From an uncultured delta proteobacterium (GTDB lineage Bacteria > Desulfobacterota > Binatia > UBA9968): DNA of 64,000 bases. Under the pieces are notes generated by a model. It was not told the DNA's origin. It was given only the letters and a program-made list of their open reading frames with translations, and searched no databases. Of this stretch, positions 1 to 10,009 are shown piece by piece (position 1 is the stretch's first letter; each line of letters begins with the position of its first letter). The position numbers and the translations under genes are program-made. The stretch lies in NCBI GenBank assembly GCA_963804165.1, contig CAWDPO010000009.1, positions 32,001-96,000 of the forward strand, in the 5' to 3' direction.

Positions 1-694
1 GGATCGTCGTCACCAAAATCGCCGGCATCATCACGGGGATCACGATGTGAAAGAAAGTGTGCCAGCCGCTCGCGCCGGAGATCTTTGAAGCTTCTTCGAG
101 AGCGGCATCGAGGTTGCGGAAGGCGGGCGCAAGGAGCATCACTTTGACGCTCACGGTGCCACCCATATGCGCCCAAACGATGCCCCAAAAGGAATAAATA
201 TTGAACAAAGGTTGGCTGACACCCAGCCCCATCAAGCCTTGATTCAGTAGCCCATATTTCGGATCGAGCAAGAGTATCCAACCCATCGCTTCCGGCAACG
301 CAGGCAGAAAAAACGACAGCCAGAAAAAAAACTCCAACGTGCCTTTCATGGGAATATCGGTGCGCGCGATCAGCCAGGCAAAGAAGGAGCCGATAACGAG
401 GGCGATCGTTTGGCGGGTGACCGCGAGGTTAAACGTATTGATCATCGCTTTGACGATACCGGGTGTGCTAAACGCCTTGACCCAGCCTTCCAGTCCCCAG
501 ACGATGGGTTGGCCCGGGCGAGCGGTCTGGAAACTATTGAGGATCATCAAAAACAACGGCGTGAGCACGAGAAAACCGACGACGACAATCAAAACGATCA
601 TCGGCAGCGACGGCACGGACAGCGATCGCCAGGATAAAAAAGGCGCGCGTTCGAAGTTCGCCACGGGCGGCAGGGTTTGTGACTTTTCACTCAT
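1..694 (-). CDS. Fe3+/thiamine-type ABC transporter permease (FbpB-like); 3' part runs off the window
   Basis: Read manually from the ATG at 694 (MSEKSQTLPP...LIVVVGFLVLTPLFLMILNSF). Several hydrophobic helices and an EAA loop (LDAALEEASKISGAS). Confidence 0.85.
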   Translation of the reverse strand, partial: MSEKSQTLPPVANFERAPFLSWRSLSVPSLPMIVLIVVVGFLVLTPLFLMILNSFQTARPGQPIVWGLEGWVKAFSTPGIVKAMINTFNLAVTRQTIALVIGSFFAWLIARTDIPMKGTLEFFFWLSFFLPALPEAMGWILLLDPKYGLLNQGLMGLGVSQPLFNIYSFWGIVWAHMGGTVSVKVMLLAPAFRNLDAALEEASKISGASGWHTFFHIVIPVMMPAILVTTI

Positions 695-742
695 GAGGCG
701 ATTGGCTTATTGGCGATGTTATACGAGGCTAATCGGGCATCG

Positions 743-1888
743 TCAATCGGCATTCGCGGCAACATCGAAATTCATATCCGGCGCGATGCCTTTCTTGGCG
801 AGTTCCTTTTCATACGTCGCGCGAATGGCCGGGTCTTCGTCGCCGTATTCGATGAGCGTGCCGCCCTGTTTCACCGACGTGTAGACGCCGGCGCGAATCG
901 CGGCGACGCGGATTCCCAGCGGAAACTTTTGACTGCCGCAGCGCAGCGCCAATTGCAGCGCCGGTTCCGCGCCGGTGTTGAAGTGCTGATGAAACCAGTT
1001 GGTCGGCGGGCTGAAAACACTGCCCGGCACCCAATCGACGCGCACGACCTCGTCACCAAAACCGTTTTCATAGGGCCGCGTGCCCAAATGGTTCGGCCAC
1101 ATGAGCGAATAACCCTCGGAACGAAGGATGACTAGCACAGCGCCGCCGCCGTGAAAATGGGCTTTGTGATAGCGCCCCACCGGCCACTCCGCAAGATGGC
1201 CAATTAGGGCGTTGTTGGAAATCTCGAACTGCGTAAGATTGACGCCCGTGCCTTTTTGCTCTTGAGCGTCGATCTGGGCTTTACGGGCGTCGGGAATGAA
1301 GTTGGTTTCCCAAATCCATTGCCGATTATTGGTCGCCAAATAACGCTCATTGCTCGGTTCGAAGTAGCGCGCCTCGCCGTCGTAACGGTCATTGAACGAG
1401 AAGTCGCTGTTAAACACGAACTGCTCGTTGTGATAGTGATCCAGCGCCATCGGCGCGGTGGTGATCGCCAGGAAAATCGCCGGTTCGTTAGAGTAATTGA
1501 TCAGCCGGTGCAGCGTGTTCATCGGCGGTGAAAACAAACTGCCTGCCTGCCACTGAAGATTCTGCGGCACGCGGTCGCGCTGTTGGATCTCCGCCACGCC
1601 TTCGCCTTGCAGGATAAATATGACTTTCTCATACAGATGGCGCTCGGGCTGTGTCGAAACTCCCGGAGCCAGCTTACCGACGTAAACACCTGTGATTCCT
1701 TCCAGGCCGCGAAACTGCAGATACGCACCCTCGCAACCTAATCGCTTCCACGGTTTAAGTTGAAGATTACGAACGTCCGTGGCGCCATAGCCGTCGACGA
1801 TCGGTACGCCTTCCTTTTCCATGAACCGTTCGTAATACGTTTTCGCCCGCGGCCGGGCCGTTCCAATCCTGACAACTTTAGAATCCAT
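743..1888 (-). CDS. Bicupin (gentisate 1,2-dioxygenase-like cupin family)
   Basis: Two cupin domains (ERHLYE...PMNTLHRL and YHKAHFH...WFHQHFN). Paralog of 5737-6852. Confidence 0.8.
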   Translation of the reverse strand: MDSKVVRIGTARPRAKTYYERFMEKEGVPIVDGYGATDVRNLQLKPWKRLGCEGAYLQFRGLEGITGVYVGKLAPGVSTQPERHLYEKVIFILQGEGVAEIQQRDRVPQNLQWQAGSLFSPPMNTLHRLINYSNEPAIFLAITTAPMALDHYHNEQFVFNSDFSFNDRYDGEARYFEPSNERYLATNNRQWIWETNFIPDARKAQIDAQEQKGTGVNLTQFEISNNALIGHLAEWPVGRYHKAHFHGGGAVLVILRSEGYSLMWPNHLGTRPYENGFGDEVVRVDWVPGSVFSPPTNWFHQHFNTGAEPALQLALRCGSQKFPLGIRVAAIRAGVYTSVKQGGTLIEYGDEDPAIRATYEKELAKKGIAPDMNFDVAANAD

Positions 1889-3361
1889 ATTCTTTCCATC
1901 TCCTTCTGACGGTCTCCGCCATTTCCGCTGAGATCGAGGTGCCCACCGGCGGATAACGCTCGCCGCCGTACTGCTCTTGCGGCTGCAATTGCCAATTGAT
2001 CGTCGCGTCGATCAGCACTCGCGTCCACGAGCCATGCCCGTATTTGACTGAATTGCGATCTTCCAACGGCACGCTGGGATCGAGCATCGAGCCGCTGGTG
2101 CCGCCGAAGAAAGAAATATCGCCCAGACCGGCATTGACCCGATAGCAAAGCGCCCATTCGATCGCTTCCCAATCGTGAATGTCGATATCATCGTCGACGA
2201 CGATCACGTGCTTGGCGGCGTAATTTCCCAGATGACAACCCCACAGCGCGGTCGCGACCTGCTGCGCGTGGCCGCGGTGTGACTTGCGAATCTGCACGCG
2301 CATCGTTTCCGGCCACTTGCCACGCCATACGCCGGTAATGTTGGGTACCCCGGCCTGCTCGAGATAGTGCCAGGCCATCGCCGAAAACGTCGCCGGCGTC
2401 CACGTCGTTCCTTCGTTGGTCCTTCCCGGGCTCGAGCCGGTCAAGCAGCCGTGAAAGATCGGATCGTTGCGATGAGTGATGCACTCAACACGAATGGTAT
2501 GTTTCGGCGATTTGCTGCCACCGTAATAACCAGGATATTCGCTGAACGGTCCTTCCAACGTAAAAGTGCTGGGGTCGGGCGAAACGAATCCTTCGAGCAC
2601 GATCTCGGCGCTGGCCGGCACCAGAGAGATCGCTCAGTTCGCATTGCACCAGCTCCACCGGCGCGCCGCGCAGTGAGCCGGCCATTTCATATTCCGGGTA
2701 GTTGACGGGCGTGGACGCCGCGAGAAAAAGCGTCTGATCCCAACCGATGACGACCGCAACCGGCATTTCCTGGCCGCGATTTTTGTATTTGCTGAAATGT
2801 TTGCCCCACCCTTGAGTCATCGCCAAAAGGACCCCGATGGTATTTTTGCCGGTGATCATGCCGCGGTAAGTTCCGCCGTTAAGCAATCCCGTATCCGGAT
2901 CGCGCGTTACCACGGTCGCCGAGGTCATGATGTAGCGTCCGCCATCGAGCGGGTTCCACTTCGGTACGGGGAATTGTTCTAAATTGACGGCGGCCCCGCG
3001 CACGATGTTTTCTTTAACGGGCCCTTTGCCGACCGTCACCGGCTTGACCGGGCGCGAGAATCGTTCTTTGAAGATCGGCACCATATCTCGATACGAAGTC
3101 GCCTCAGGAATACCGATAAATCGACATACACGTTCCCGCGTCCCCGTGCCGTTGGTGAACAAACGCCGGCACAATGTGTTTTTGTGATCCCTAATGTTCT
3201 CAAACAGCAACGCAGGGCCGAACTGGCTCGAGACCTCGCGCGTGATCGCGCCGAGTTCTTCGTCCCAATCGACTTGTGCGCCGATCCGCTGCAGGTCTCT
3301 TGCGTTCTTCCAGATCGTCGATCCAGTCGCGTAGATCTTCAAATGCCACGGCGATAGTCAC
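1878..3361 (-). CDS. UbiD-family prFMN-dependent (de)carboxylase, broken by two frameshifts (~3295 and ~2625)
   Basis: FEDLRDWIDDLE at the N-terminus, DGGRY, NGGTYR, EIVLEG, EGPFSEYPGYY and VVDDDID are spread over three frames. Confidence 0.85.
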
Positions 3362-3423
3362 CCTTCTCGTCGTTTAAGTAAGTGTGACATGCGCTTCGTA
3401 CAGCGTGTAGTGCCATGTCAGTG

Positions 3424-3487
3424 ATTGGAATGTACTCGAGTACTGCATCCGTGAACTCCATTACTCCAGTACTCCAATACTCCAATC
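3424..3487. repeat. Short-unit (TACTCCAR, 8 bp) intergenic repeat
   Basis: ctccattactccagtactccaatactccaat, with a partial inverted arm (attggaatgtactcgagtac) upstream. Confidence 0.6.
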
Positions 3488-4600
3488 TCATGCTCCTAGC
3501 AGCTTGCGCGCCACGACCGCCGCCGGCTCTCTGATCTTATTGATCTTTTCTTCGGATTGGTTTTCCAGCTTGTAAAACTGGTCGAGGGTCAGAAAATCCT
3601 TGCCGGAGATGACGCCGAATTCTTTCAGCCACTTGGTCTCCACGTCCAAGCGACGCGTGCCGACGCCCATGCCTCGGGCGAAAACTTCCTGGCCGTCGTG
3701 TCCAAGCAACCAGTTGACAAAAACTTTGGTCGCGTTCGGGTGCGGCTGATTCTTTAATACCGTGAGATGGCCGTAACCGCCGCTGACGTAAAGCCCTTCC
3801 TTCGGGACCGAAAGCGGAACGACCGGAAGGTTCGCCTTGATAAACGGATAGAATTCAGAATAACCGATACCCGAGGTGATGGCGATCTTGCCCTTGGCCA
3901 AATTCTCCGCCAGCAAGCGCAGATCACGAGTGATGAATAACTTCTGCGCTACCAGTCGTTTCAGATACTCTTCGCCTTTGATGTAGTGCATATAGGACCA
4001 CATCGATGAGCCGGAGCCCGGCGTGCGCGGATCGCTGATGCCGATTTTGCCTTGCAGTTTGGCATGGAGCAGATCGTCGAACGACTTAAATTCGGCGGGT
4101 TTGTACTCATTGGGATTGGACCACAGGCTCACCGTTTGATACGCGACGAAGTTATAAATATAGCGTTTGGCGTTGTCGGCCCAAATGTGGCCGCCCCACC
4201 ACTGTTTGGGATCTTTGACTTCGGGAAGCACCATGAAGGGCTCCACAGGATCGAGCACGTTCTCGGGCAAGAGTCCGGTGACGATGGACTCGGTGCCGCC
4301 GATGTGTAGATCGAAATACTGCGCGCCGGTCTTGGCCTCGCTGACCATTCTTTGAATGATTGCCCCGCCGCGCGCCGGCACGAACTCAACGCCAATTCCG
4401 TAGCGCCGCGTAAAGGCAAGCTCCATGCCTTTGCGCAGTTCCGGGCTCGGCGGGATCGACGCCACCACCTTGCCTTCTTTCTTCGCGGCTTCGACGATTT
4501 TGTCCCATTCGCCCTTGCTCGGTCCGGGCTGCGCGACGGCACTTATCGGCAAGATTGAAGAGCAAAGGATCAGGAGAAGTAGCGCGACGGATCTTTTCAT
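3488..4600 (-). CDS. ABC transporter substrate-binding protein (Fe3+/polyamine-like family)
   Basis: Signal peptide; AAKKEGKVV and PHPNATKVFVNWLL motifs. Confidence 0.85.
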   Translation of the reverse strand: MKRSVALLLLILCSSILPISAVAQPGPSKGEWDKIVEAAKKEGKVVASIPPSPELRKGMELAFTRRYGIGVEFVPARGGAIIQRMVSEAKTGAQYFDLHIGGTESIVTGLLPENVLDPVEPFMVLPEVKDPKQWWGGHIWADNAKRYIYNFVAYQTVSLWSNPNEYKPAEFKSFDDLLHAKLQGKIGISDPRTPGSGSSMWSYMHYIKGEEYLKRLVAQKLFITRDLRLLAENLAKGKIAITSGIGYSEFYPFIKANLPVVPLSVPKEGLYVSGGYGHLTVLKNQPHPNATKVFVNWLLGHDGQEVFARGMGVGTRRLDVETKWLKEFGVISGKDFLTLDQFYKLENQSEEKINKIREPAAVVARKLLGA

Positions 4601-4613
4601 GGAGAGAGTGCCC

Positions 4614-5726
4614 CTAACCGAGAAGCTTTCTGGCCAGAGCGGCCGCCGGCTCGCGCAGGCGGTTTATCTTGCCTTCGGATTGGTTTTCAAGCTTGTACAA
4701 TTGGTCGATGGTGAGGGCATCTTTAGCCGCAGTCACCCCGACCTCGCGTAGCCACTTGACGTCGACATCCAGGCGCCGCGTAGCCTGGTGCATTGCCCGG
4801 GAATAAACCTCCTGACCTTCTCGGCTCAAAAACCAATTGACGAAGACCTTCGTCGCATTCGCATGCGGCGCGTTTTTCAGAACCACAAGATGGCCGCTGC
4901 CGCCGCTGACATAAACGCCTTCCTTCGGCGCCGGCAGCGGCGCCACTGGCAGGCCCGCTTTGATGAACGGCGCGTAGGAGTAATAGGTCAGCCCAAGAAC
5001 CAGCGCGAGCTTGCCTTTGGCGAGAATCTCGGCGAGCACTCGTTGATCGCGGCTGAGCGCCAGCTTTTGGCCCACAAGTCTTTTTAAATACTCTTCGCCC
5101 TTGATTTCTCTGAGGTAGGACCACGTCGATGCGCCGGAGCCTGCCGTGCGCGGATCGAGCATGCCGATCCTATCCTTGAGGCGCTCATCCAACAAATCAT
5201 CGAACGAGCGGACCTCATCGGCTTTCATCAGCTGCGAGTTGATCCAGAGATTTTCTGTCTGATAGGCGAGGGTCGAATAGACAAACTTTTTGGCGATATC
5301 GATCCAGACATGACCGGCGTACCACTGCTTGGGATCTTTAACTTCAGGAAGCAGCATGAGCGGCTCGATGGGCTCCAAGATGCCTTCCGGCAGCATGCCG
5401 GTCACTATCGACTCGCTGCCGCCCATGTGCAAATCGACATAACGAATGCCGGCTTTGCTTTCGTCGACCATCTTGCGCACGATCGCCGATGCGCGGCCGA
5501 CCACCGGCTCGACGTCGATGCCGTAACGTTTTTCGAAGGATCTCTCGATCGCGGCGCGCAGCTCGGTGCTCGCCGGAATCGAGACCACAACCTTGCCCTC
5601 TTTCTTGGCGAGCTCGACGGTCTTTTCCCATTCGCCAGGTTTTGCACTTTGTGCAATGGCGGCGCAGGGCGCGAACCCAACTGCCGCGACAAAGACAATC
5701 ATCCACTGCTTACAGGAGCCGATCAT
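4614..5726 (-). CDS. ABC transporter substrate-binding protein, tandem paralog of 3488-4600
   Basis: Same length (370 aa) with shared blocks such as LPEVKDPKQW and LENQSExKIN. Confidence 0.85.
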   Translation of the reverse strand: MIGSCKQWMIVFVAAVGFAPCAAIAQSAKPGEWEKTVELAKKEGKVVVSIPASTELRAAIERSFEKRYGIDVEPVVGRASAIVRKMVDESKAGIRYVDLHMGGSESIVTGMLPEGILEPIEPLMLLPEVKDPKQWYAGHVWIDIAKKFVYSTLAYQTENLWINSQLMKADEVRSFDDLLDERLKDRIGMLDPRTAGSGASTWSYLREIKGEEYLKRLVGQKLALSRDQRVLAEILAKGKLALVLGLTYYSYAPFIKAGLPVAPLPAPKEGVYVSGGSGHLVVLKNAPHANATKVFVNWFLSREGQEVYSRAMHQATRRLDVDVKWLREVGVTAAKDALTIDQLYKLENQSEGKINRLREPAAALARKLLG

Positions 5727-5736
5727 TCTCTGTCTC

Positions 5737-6852
5737 TCATAAGCTCGCGTACGCGAACTGCGGCATCTCCATCGGCACGCCGATTTTGTCGATCGCCGTT
5801 TCGAAGTCGAGACGAATCTGCGGATCTTCGTCCTCGTATTCGATCATCGTGCCGCCGTCGCGCACACTGGTGCGCACGCCTTCCTTGTTGATCGCGCGCC
5901 AACAACCGAGCAGATACTTTCCCGATTGACCGCTGTAGCGAAACGCTAACTGGCGCGCCTTTTCATTACCGGTATTGAAATGCTGATGGAACCAGCCGCT
6001 TGGCGGGCTGAAAACGCTGCCCTCGCACCAGTCCACTTTCACGACCTGATCGGCGTGACCGGACTGGTACGGCCGAATTCCCGCTTCAGGGGGCCACATG
6101 AGCGTGTAGCCTTGGGAGCGAAGGATCAATAGGATCGCCCCGCCCTGATGAAAGTGCGCTTTGTGATACCGCCCCACCGGCCATTCGGCGATATGCCCAA
6201 CCAGTGTGCTGCCGCCCATATCGAACGAAGTGATTTTCACCCCATACCCCTTGGCCTCCGACGGATCGACCAAGGCGCCGCGCGCATCCGCGATAAAATT
6301 GGTTTCCCAATTGATAAAACCGCCGACTTCTTTGCGCGAGTTGGTGGGTACGAAATAATTTTTCTCGGCATCGAAGCGATCGGTGAATTTATAATCGCTG
6401 CCCATTACGAAAGGGATATCGTGCAACAGGTCGATCATCAGGGGTGCGCTCGTCACGGCGAGAAAAAACGCCGGCTCATTGCTGCCGTTGATCATGCGGT
6501 GACGCGTGTTGAGCGGCACCGCGAACAAGCTTCCCGGCTGCCACTCGAAGTGCATTTTGCGTTTGTCGTCTCCGGCCGACCATAGCTCCATGGCGCCAAC
6601 GCCTTTGAGGATGTAGATCAATTCCTCATACAGATGGTTCTCCGGGTTGAGCGCCGCGCCAGCGGGGATTTCACAGACGTACATGCCGGTGAAGCCTTCC
6701 ATGCCTTTGAGATCGATGTACGCGCCGCTGCCGCCGGTGCGCTGCCAGGGCTTGCGCGGCAGCACAGTCACGTCTTCGACGCCGTACCCCTCGAAAACGG
6801 GAATGCCTTCTTCCTGAAGCCATATCTCGTAACTGGTTTGCCGTTTTGCCAC
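5737..6852 (-). CDS. Bicupin (gentisate 1,2-dioxygenase-like cupin family)
   Basis: ENHLYEE, EWPVGRYHKAHFH and WFHQHFNTG. The likely start is GTG at 6852, since the longer ORF overlaps the upstream ubiD. Confidence 0.8.
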   Translation of the reverse strand: MAKRQTSYEIWLQEEGIPVFEGYGVEDVTVLPRKPWQRTGGSGAYIDLKGMEGFTGMYVCEIPAGAALNPENHLYEELIYILKGVGAMELWSAGDDKRKMHFEWQPGSLFAVPLNTRHRMINGSNEPAFFLAVTSAPLMIDLLHDIPFVMGSDYKFTDRFDAEKNYFVPTNSRKEVGGFINWETNFIADARGALVDPSEAKGYGVKITSFDMGGSTLVGHIAEWPVGRYHKAHFHQGGAILLILRSQGYTLMWPPEAGIRPYQSGHADQVVKVDWCEGSVFSPPSGWFHQHFNTGNEKARQLAFRYSGQSGKYLLGCWRAINKEGVRTSVRDGGTMIEYEDEDPQIRLDFETAIDKIGVPMEMPQFAYASL

Positions 6853-6869
6853 GATGACTGGATTCCTTT

Positions 6870-8444
6870 CTATTTTTTGACCGAGTAAAAATAATCGCCG
6901 CGCGCCACCGCCGCGGCCAGTTCGTCGTCCTGGGCAGTCCAAAGATCCAACGGGTAACCGTACCACGGCGTGCGAAGCTTGAGCGCCGGCATCTCCTCTT
7001 CCCGCCAGATCTTAAGCGCCTGCTCCATAAATTCCTTTTTGGGCAAACCTACCGGCGGATATTTGCCTTTGCGGGTGGCGTCGATGAGCAGTCCGGAGCA
7101 CCCCACCGGCGGCGGAAAAAAACGTTCCTCGGGATTATTCATCAGCGCGTACGCGGACGGATCCAACAATGGACTCTTGCCGGTCACGATCTGCATGTCC
7201 CGGTGCGGCTGTGAGGCAAAACTGATCGCCCACATCACCATCTCGGGATCTTTTGGATCGATATCGTCATCGACGACGATGATGATTTTGTTGGTAGTGT
7301 CCATGCCCGATGCGGCTTGCAGCGCTTGCTTGGGCTTGGTCGGATGGCTCTTCGCCATGCGGATCACCCACCAGTTCCAGCCGCCGCCCATTTCCGGACA
7401 ACAGATTTCCAGGACTTCGGGAATATTGCAGCTGTACTTGAGAAAATTATAAAGCATCAGCTCGCGACAGGTTCGCGAGATGCCGTTGGACTCGCTCGGC
7501 GGTAAGCCGACCAGGATCGCCGTGAAGATCGCATCGCGCCGGTGTGTGATCGCCTTGACGTCGATCACCGGTCTCAGGCCGCGCTCGGCCATGAGATAGC
7601 CCGGATAATCGCTGAACGGCTCGCCCCGCTCCATGGCATCCATTGAGATCTCGCCCTCAATGACGACCTCGGCATCGGCAGGCACTTCGAGCGGAATCGT
7701 TTTGCACGGCACCATGTCCACCGGGCGCTGGCGAATGCCGCCGGCGACGGCAATTTCGTCGACGCCGTACGGCAAGTTCGCGGCCGATACATAGACGATG
7801 TCCGGCAGGCAACCGAGCACGATCGCGACGGGCAGCGCTTCCTTGCGGCGCACGGCGCTTGGGTGATGATACATCATGGCGTGATGGGTTCGGGCGATGC
7901 CGGCGATCAGCTTTTGGTCGCCGCGGAAATGGCCGCTATACATGCCAACGTTGCGCATGCCCGTTTCCGGATCCTTGGTGATGAACGGGGCTGTCACACG
8001 AATACCGCAACTGAATCCCGGCTCTTCCACGGGCGAAGGTAGGCGCGTCACCGGAAACTCTTTCAGTGTGGCGCCGCTGTAGACTTCATCGTGAACCGGC
8101 GCCCGGTTCACGATGTTCGGCTCGTGCATATGCGCGATCGCGTCGCGCCATTTCTCATAGATTTCGCCCGGTTCATCGCAGCCTAAACCGAGCGCCGTGA
8201 CATTGCGCGACGAACCGTACACGCCGGTCGCGACTCTGAGATCAAAGCGCTTGCCGGCGCCATCGCGGACATTTTCAAAGAGAAACGCTTGCCGCTTGTC
8301 GTCGTCGATGCCACGGTATTGCAAGCGCATCAAGGGCATCAGCTCGGTATCTTTGTTTACCGCCCGGCTCCAGCGATAAAGCCTCCCGCGTTGCTGCAGA
8401 TCCTCCACGTAAGAACGAAAGTCGTCATAGTAAGCGCGCGTCAT
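6870..8444 (-). CDS. UbiD-family protein with non-canonical catalytic motifs
   Basis: UbiD fold motifs present (DFRSYVEDL, EVVIEG, VVDDDIDP, IDATR), but NVGMYS and GEPFSD replace the usual NxGxYR and EGPFGE. Confidence 0.85.
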   Translation of the reverse strand: MTRAYYDDFRSYVEDLQQRGRLYRWSRAVNKDTELMPLMRLQYRGIDDDKRQAFLFENVRDGAGKRFDLRVATGVYGSSRNVTALGLGCDEPGEIYEKWRDAIAHMHEPNIVNRAPVHDEVYSGATLKEFPVTRLPSPVEEPGFSCGIRVTAPFITKDPETGMRNVGMYSGHFRGDQKLIAGIARTHHAMMYHHPSAVRRKEALPVAIVLGCLPDIVYVSAANLPYGVDEIAVAGGIRQRPVDMVPCKTIPLEVPADAEVVIEGEISMDAMERGEPFSDYPGYLMAERGLRPVIDVKAITHRRDAIFTAILVGLPPSESNGISRTCRELMLYNFLKYSCNIPEVLEICCPEMGGGWNWWVIRMAKSHPTKPKQALQAASGMDTTNKIIIVVDDDIDPKDPEMVMWAISFASQPHRDMQIVTGKSPLLDPSAYALMNNPEERFFPPPVGCSGLLIDATRKGKYPPVGLPKKEFMEQALKIWREEEMPALKLRTPWYGYPLDLWTAQDDELAAAVARGDYFYSVKK

Positions 8445-8989
8445 CTACGGGATTCCTTTCCGAGCGAAAATCAAGTGATCTGCGTTAGCGGGGCTTGAGC
8501 GGCTTATCGCGCCGGCTCGCGAACTCTATCGCGTTTTACTTCCGACTGTTTCTTCCATGGATGAAAGTTTTTCCGGCGTCTGACCCTTTGCAGAAATGAA
8601 ACCCATGTCGCAGTACCGTGCTGTATCGAAGCGTCAGCGGCTAGGCTTTCGATGGCGAATTCAAATCGAGAGAATCGGATAAAGGTTGCCATCGGCGAAG
8701 AACTTTCCAACTCGCTTCCCCTACCAAAGGTTGGTACGCGCGCACCGGTTTTAAGAGTCGAATTTGGGCCGGATAATTAATTCTTTATAATTAAATATTT
8801 TATGTGTCAAGAAATCTGGACAAGATCTTTGAAAATTGTCAATGCGCCGGATGTAAGAAATTGAACAGTCGATACCTTAATATTAGATTCATACCTCTCT
8901 ATTCTCCAGGAGCCCTCCCCCCATTTGGAAAATGCTTTTCCCAGACTCTTCCGATATCGCTGTCCGAAAGCATTGCCGTACCTGGCGAG

Positions 8990-9195
8990 AGTCTAGCATC
9001 AGCCGACTCCCCTTCTACAACAACACCCGGCACACCTACACCTCGTACCTGCCCTCCATCAGCGCGAAACTCGTGTTCGTGTCCTCTCAAACCCGCAACT
9101 CCATCAAGACAAGACCCTGGAGACCCACTACGCGAAATATCTCCCCTTGGCCGATGACGGTCGAGACGCCGAGGAAAAACTGCTCTCAACCGTGA
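8990..9195 (+). pseudogene. Degenerate C-terminal fragment of a tyrosine recombinase/integrase
   Basis: PFYNNTRHTYTSYL...FVSSQTRNSIKT, then after a frameshift LETHYAKYLP. This matches box II (RHT) and the catalytic Tyr region. It ends ~80 bp from the tRNA-Gly 3' end. Confidence 0.7.
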
Positions 9196-9275
9196 CCCCG
9201 TGAGGAGGAGAATCGAGAGAGTGAGTGTAATGGTGAAGAAGGCCCGTAAACCGTCGGAATCAGAGAGGAGAGAAA

Positions 9276-9352
9276 TGGAGCGGGTGAGGAGGGTCGAACT
9301 CCCGACCTTATGCTTGGCAAGCATACGCTCTAGCCAACTGAGCTACACCCGC
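9276..9352 (-). tRNA. tRNA-Gly(GCC)
   Basis: GCGGGTGTAGCTCAGTTGGCTAGAGCGTATGCTT-GCC-AAGCATAAGGTCGGGAGTTCGACCCTCCTCACCCGCTCCA folds as a cloverleaf with encoded CCA. Confidence 0.97.
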
Positions 9353-9361
9353 ATACGATTT

Positions 9362-9390
9362 TTAGTACCGTAAGTATGGCGTTTTGTCAA
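9362..9390 (-). promoter_or_regulatory. Candidate sigma70 promoter for tRNA-Gly
   Basis: TTGACA-17 nt-TACTAA, about 9 nt upstream of the tRNA. Confidence 0.45.
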
Positions 9391-9404
9391 TTTCACCGCC
9401 CCTT

Positions 9405-9977
9405 TTAGGCGCGGTCCAGACGTGATTGTCTGAGTCGAAAAAACTGCAGGTGATATTTCGCTCCGGACCAAATTGCGATGGCGGCAGAAAGCACGAGAAA
9501 GTACATTCCCGCTGCGTAAAAATCCAGCTCCCAATAGCGGTAGTGAAGTAACAAACCGGTGATCGCGAACACCTGAAGAATGAATTTGTATTTGCCGAGC
9601 GTCTCCGAGTGCATCACGATGCCCTCGGTGAGAGCTAGGCCGCGAATCACTGTCACTGCAGTCTCTCTCGCCAAGATCACCACTACCAACCAAGCCGGCA
9701 CGTTTGGCTCGTTCGGCCGATCTATGGCGGCGAGCATGACCAACACAGCACCGACCATCAGCTTATCCGCCAAAGGATCGAGAATCTTGCCGATATCAGA
9801 AATGCTTTTATTTCGCCGCGCCAAATAGCCGTCGAAGTAGTCGGTCAGCGACGCCAAGAGAAACAGAGCTGCGGCTAGAAGTGATGACCTTCGGTCCGAG
9901 AAGGTTAATAGATAGACGAGTACGGGAATGATCAGGATCCGAGCTAAACTCAGGAGGTTCGGGAACGTCCAAACCAC
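9405..9977 (-). CDS. pgsA: CDP-diacylglycerol--glycerol-3-phosphate 3-phosphatidyltransferase
   Basis: PNLLSLAR and DYFDGYLAR...GKILDPLADK CDP-alcohol phosphotransferase motifs; tRNA-Gly lies downstream. Confidence 0.93.
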   Translation of the reverse strand: MVWTFPNLLSLARILIIPVLVYLLTFSDRRSSLLAAALFLLASLTDYFDGYLARRNKSISDIGKILDPLADKLMVGAVLVMLAAIDRPNEPNVPAWLVVVILARETAVTVIRGLALTEGIVMHSETLGKYKFILQVFAITGLLLHYRYWELDFYAAGMYFLVLSAAIAIWSGAKYHLQFFRLRQSRLDRA

Positions 9978-10009
9978 GAAAGACTCTTCAGCGCGAAGCT
10001 TAGATTTGA

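Noticed and set aside
8899-9324. ORFs overlapping tRNA-Gly (also 11182-11433 over tRNA-Arg)
   Set aside because: Spurious translations of tRNA sequence and the integrase relic.
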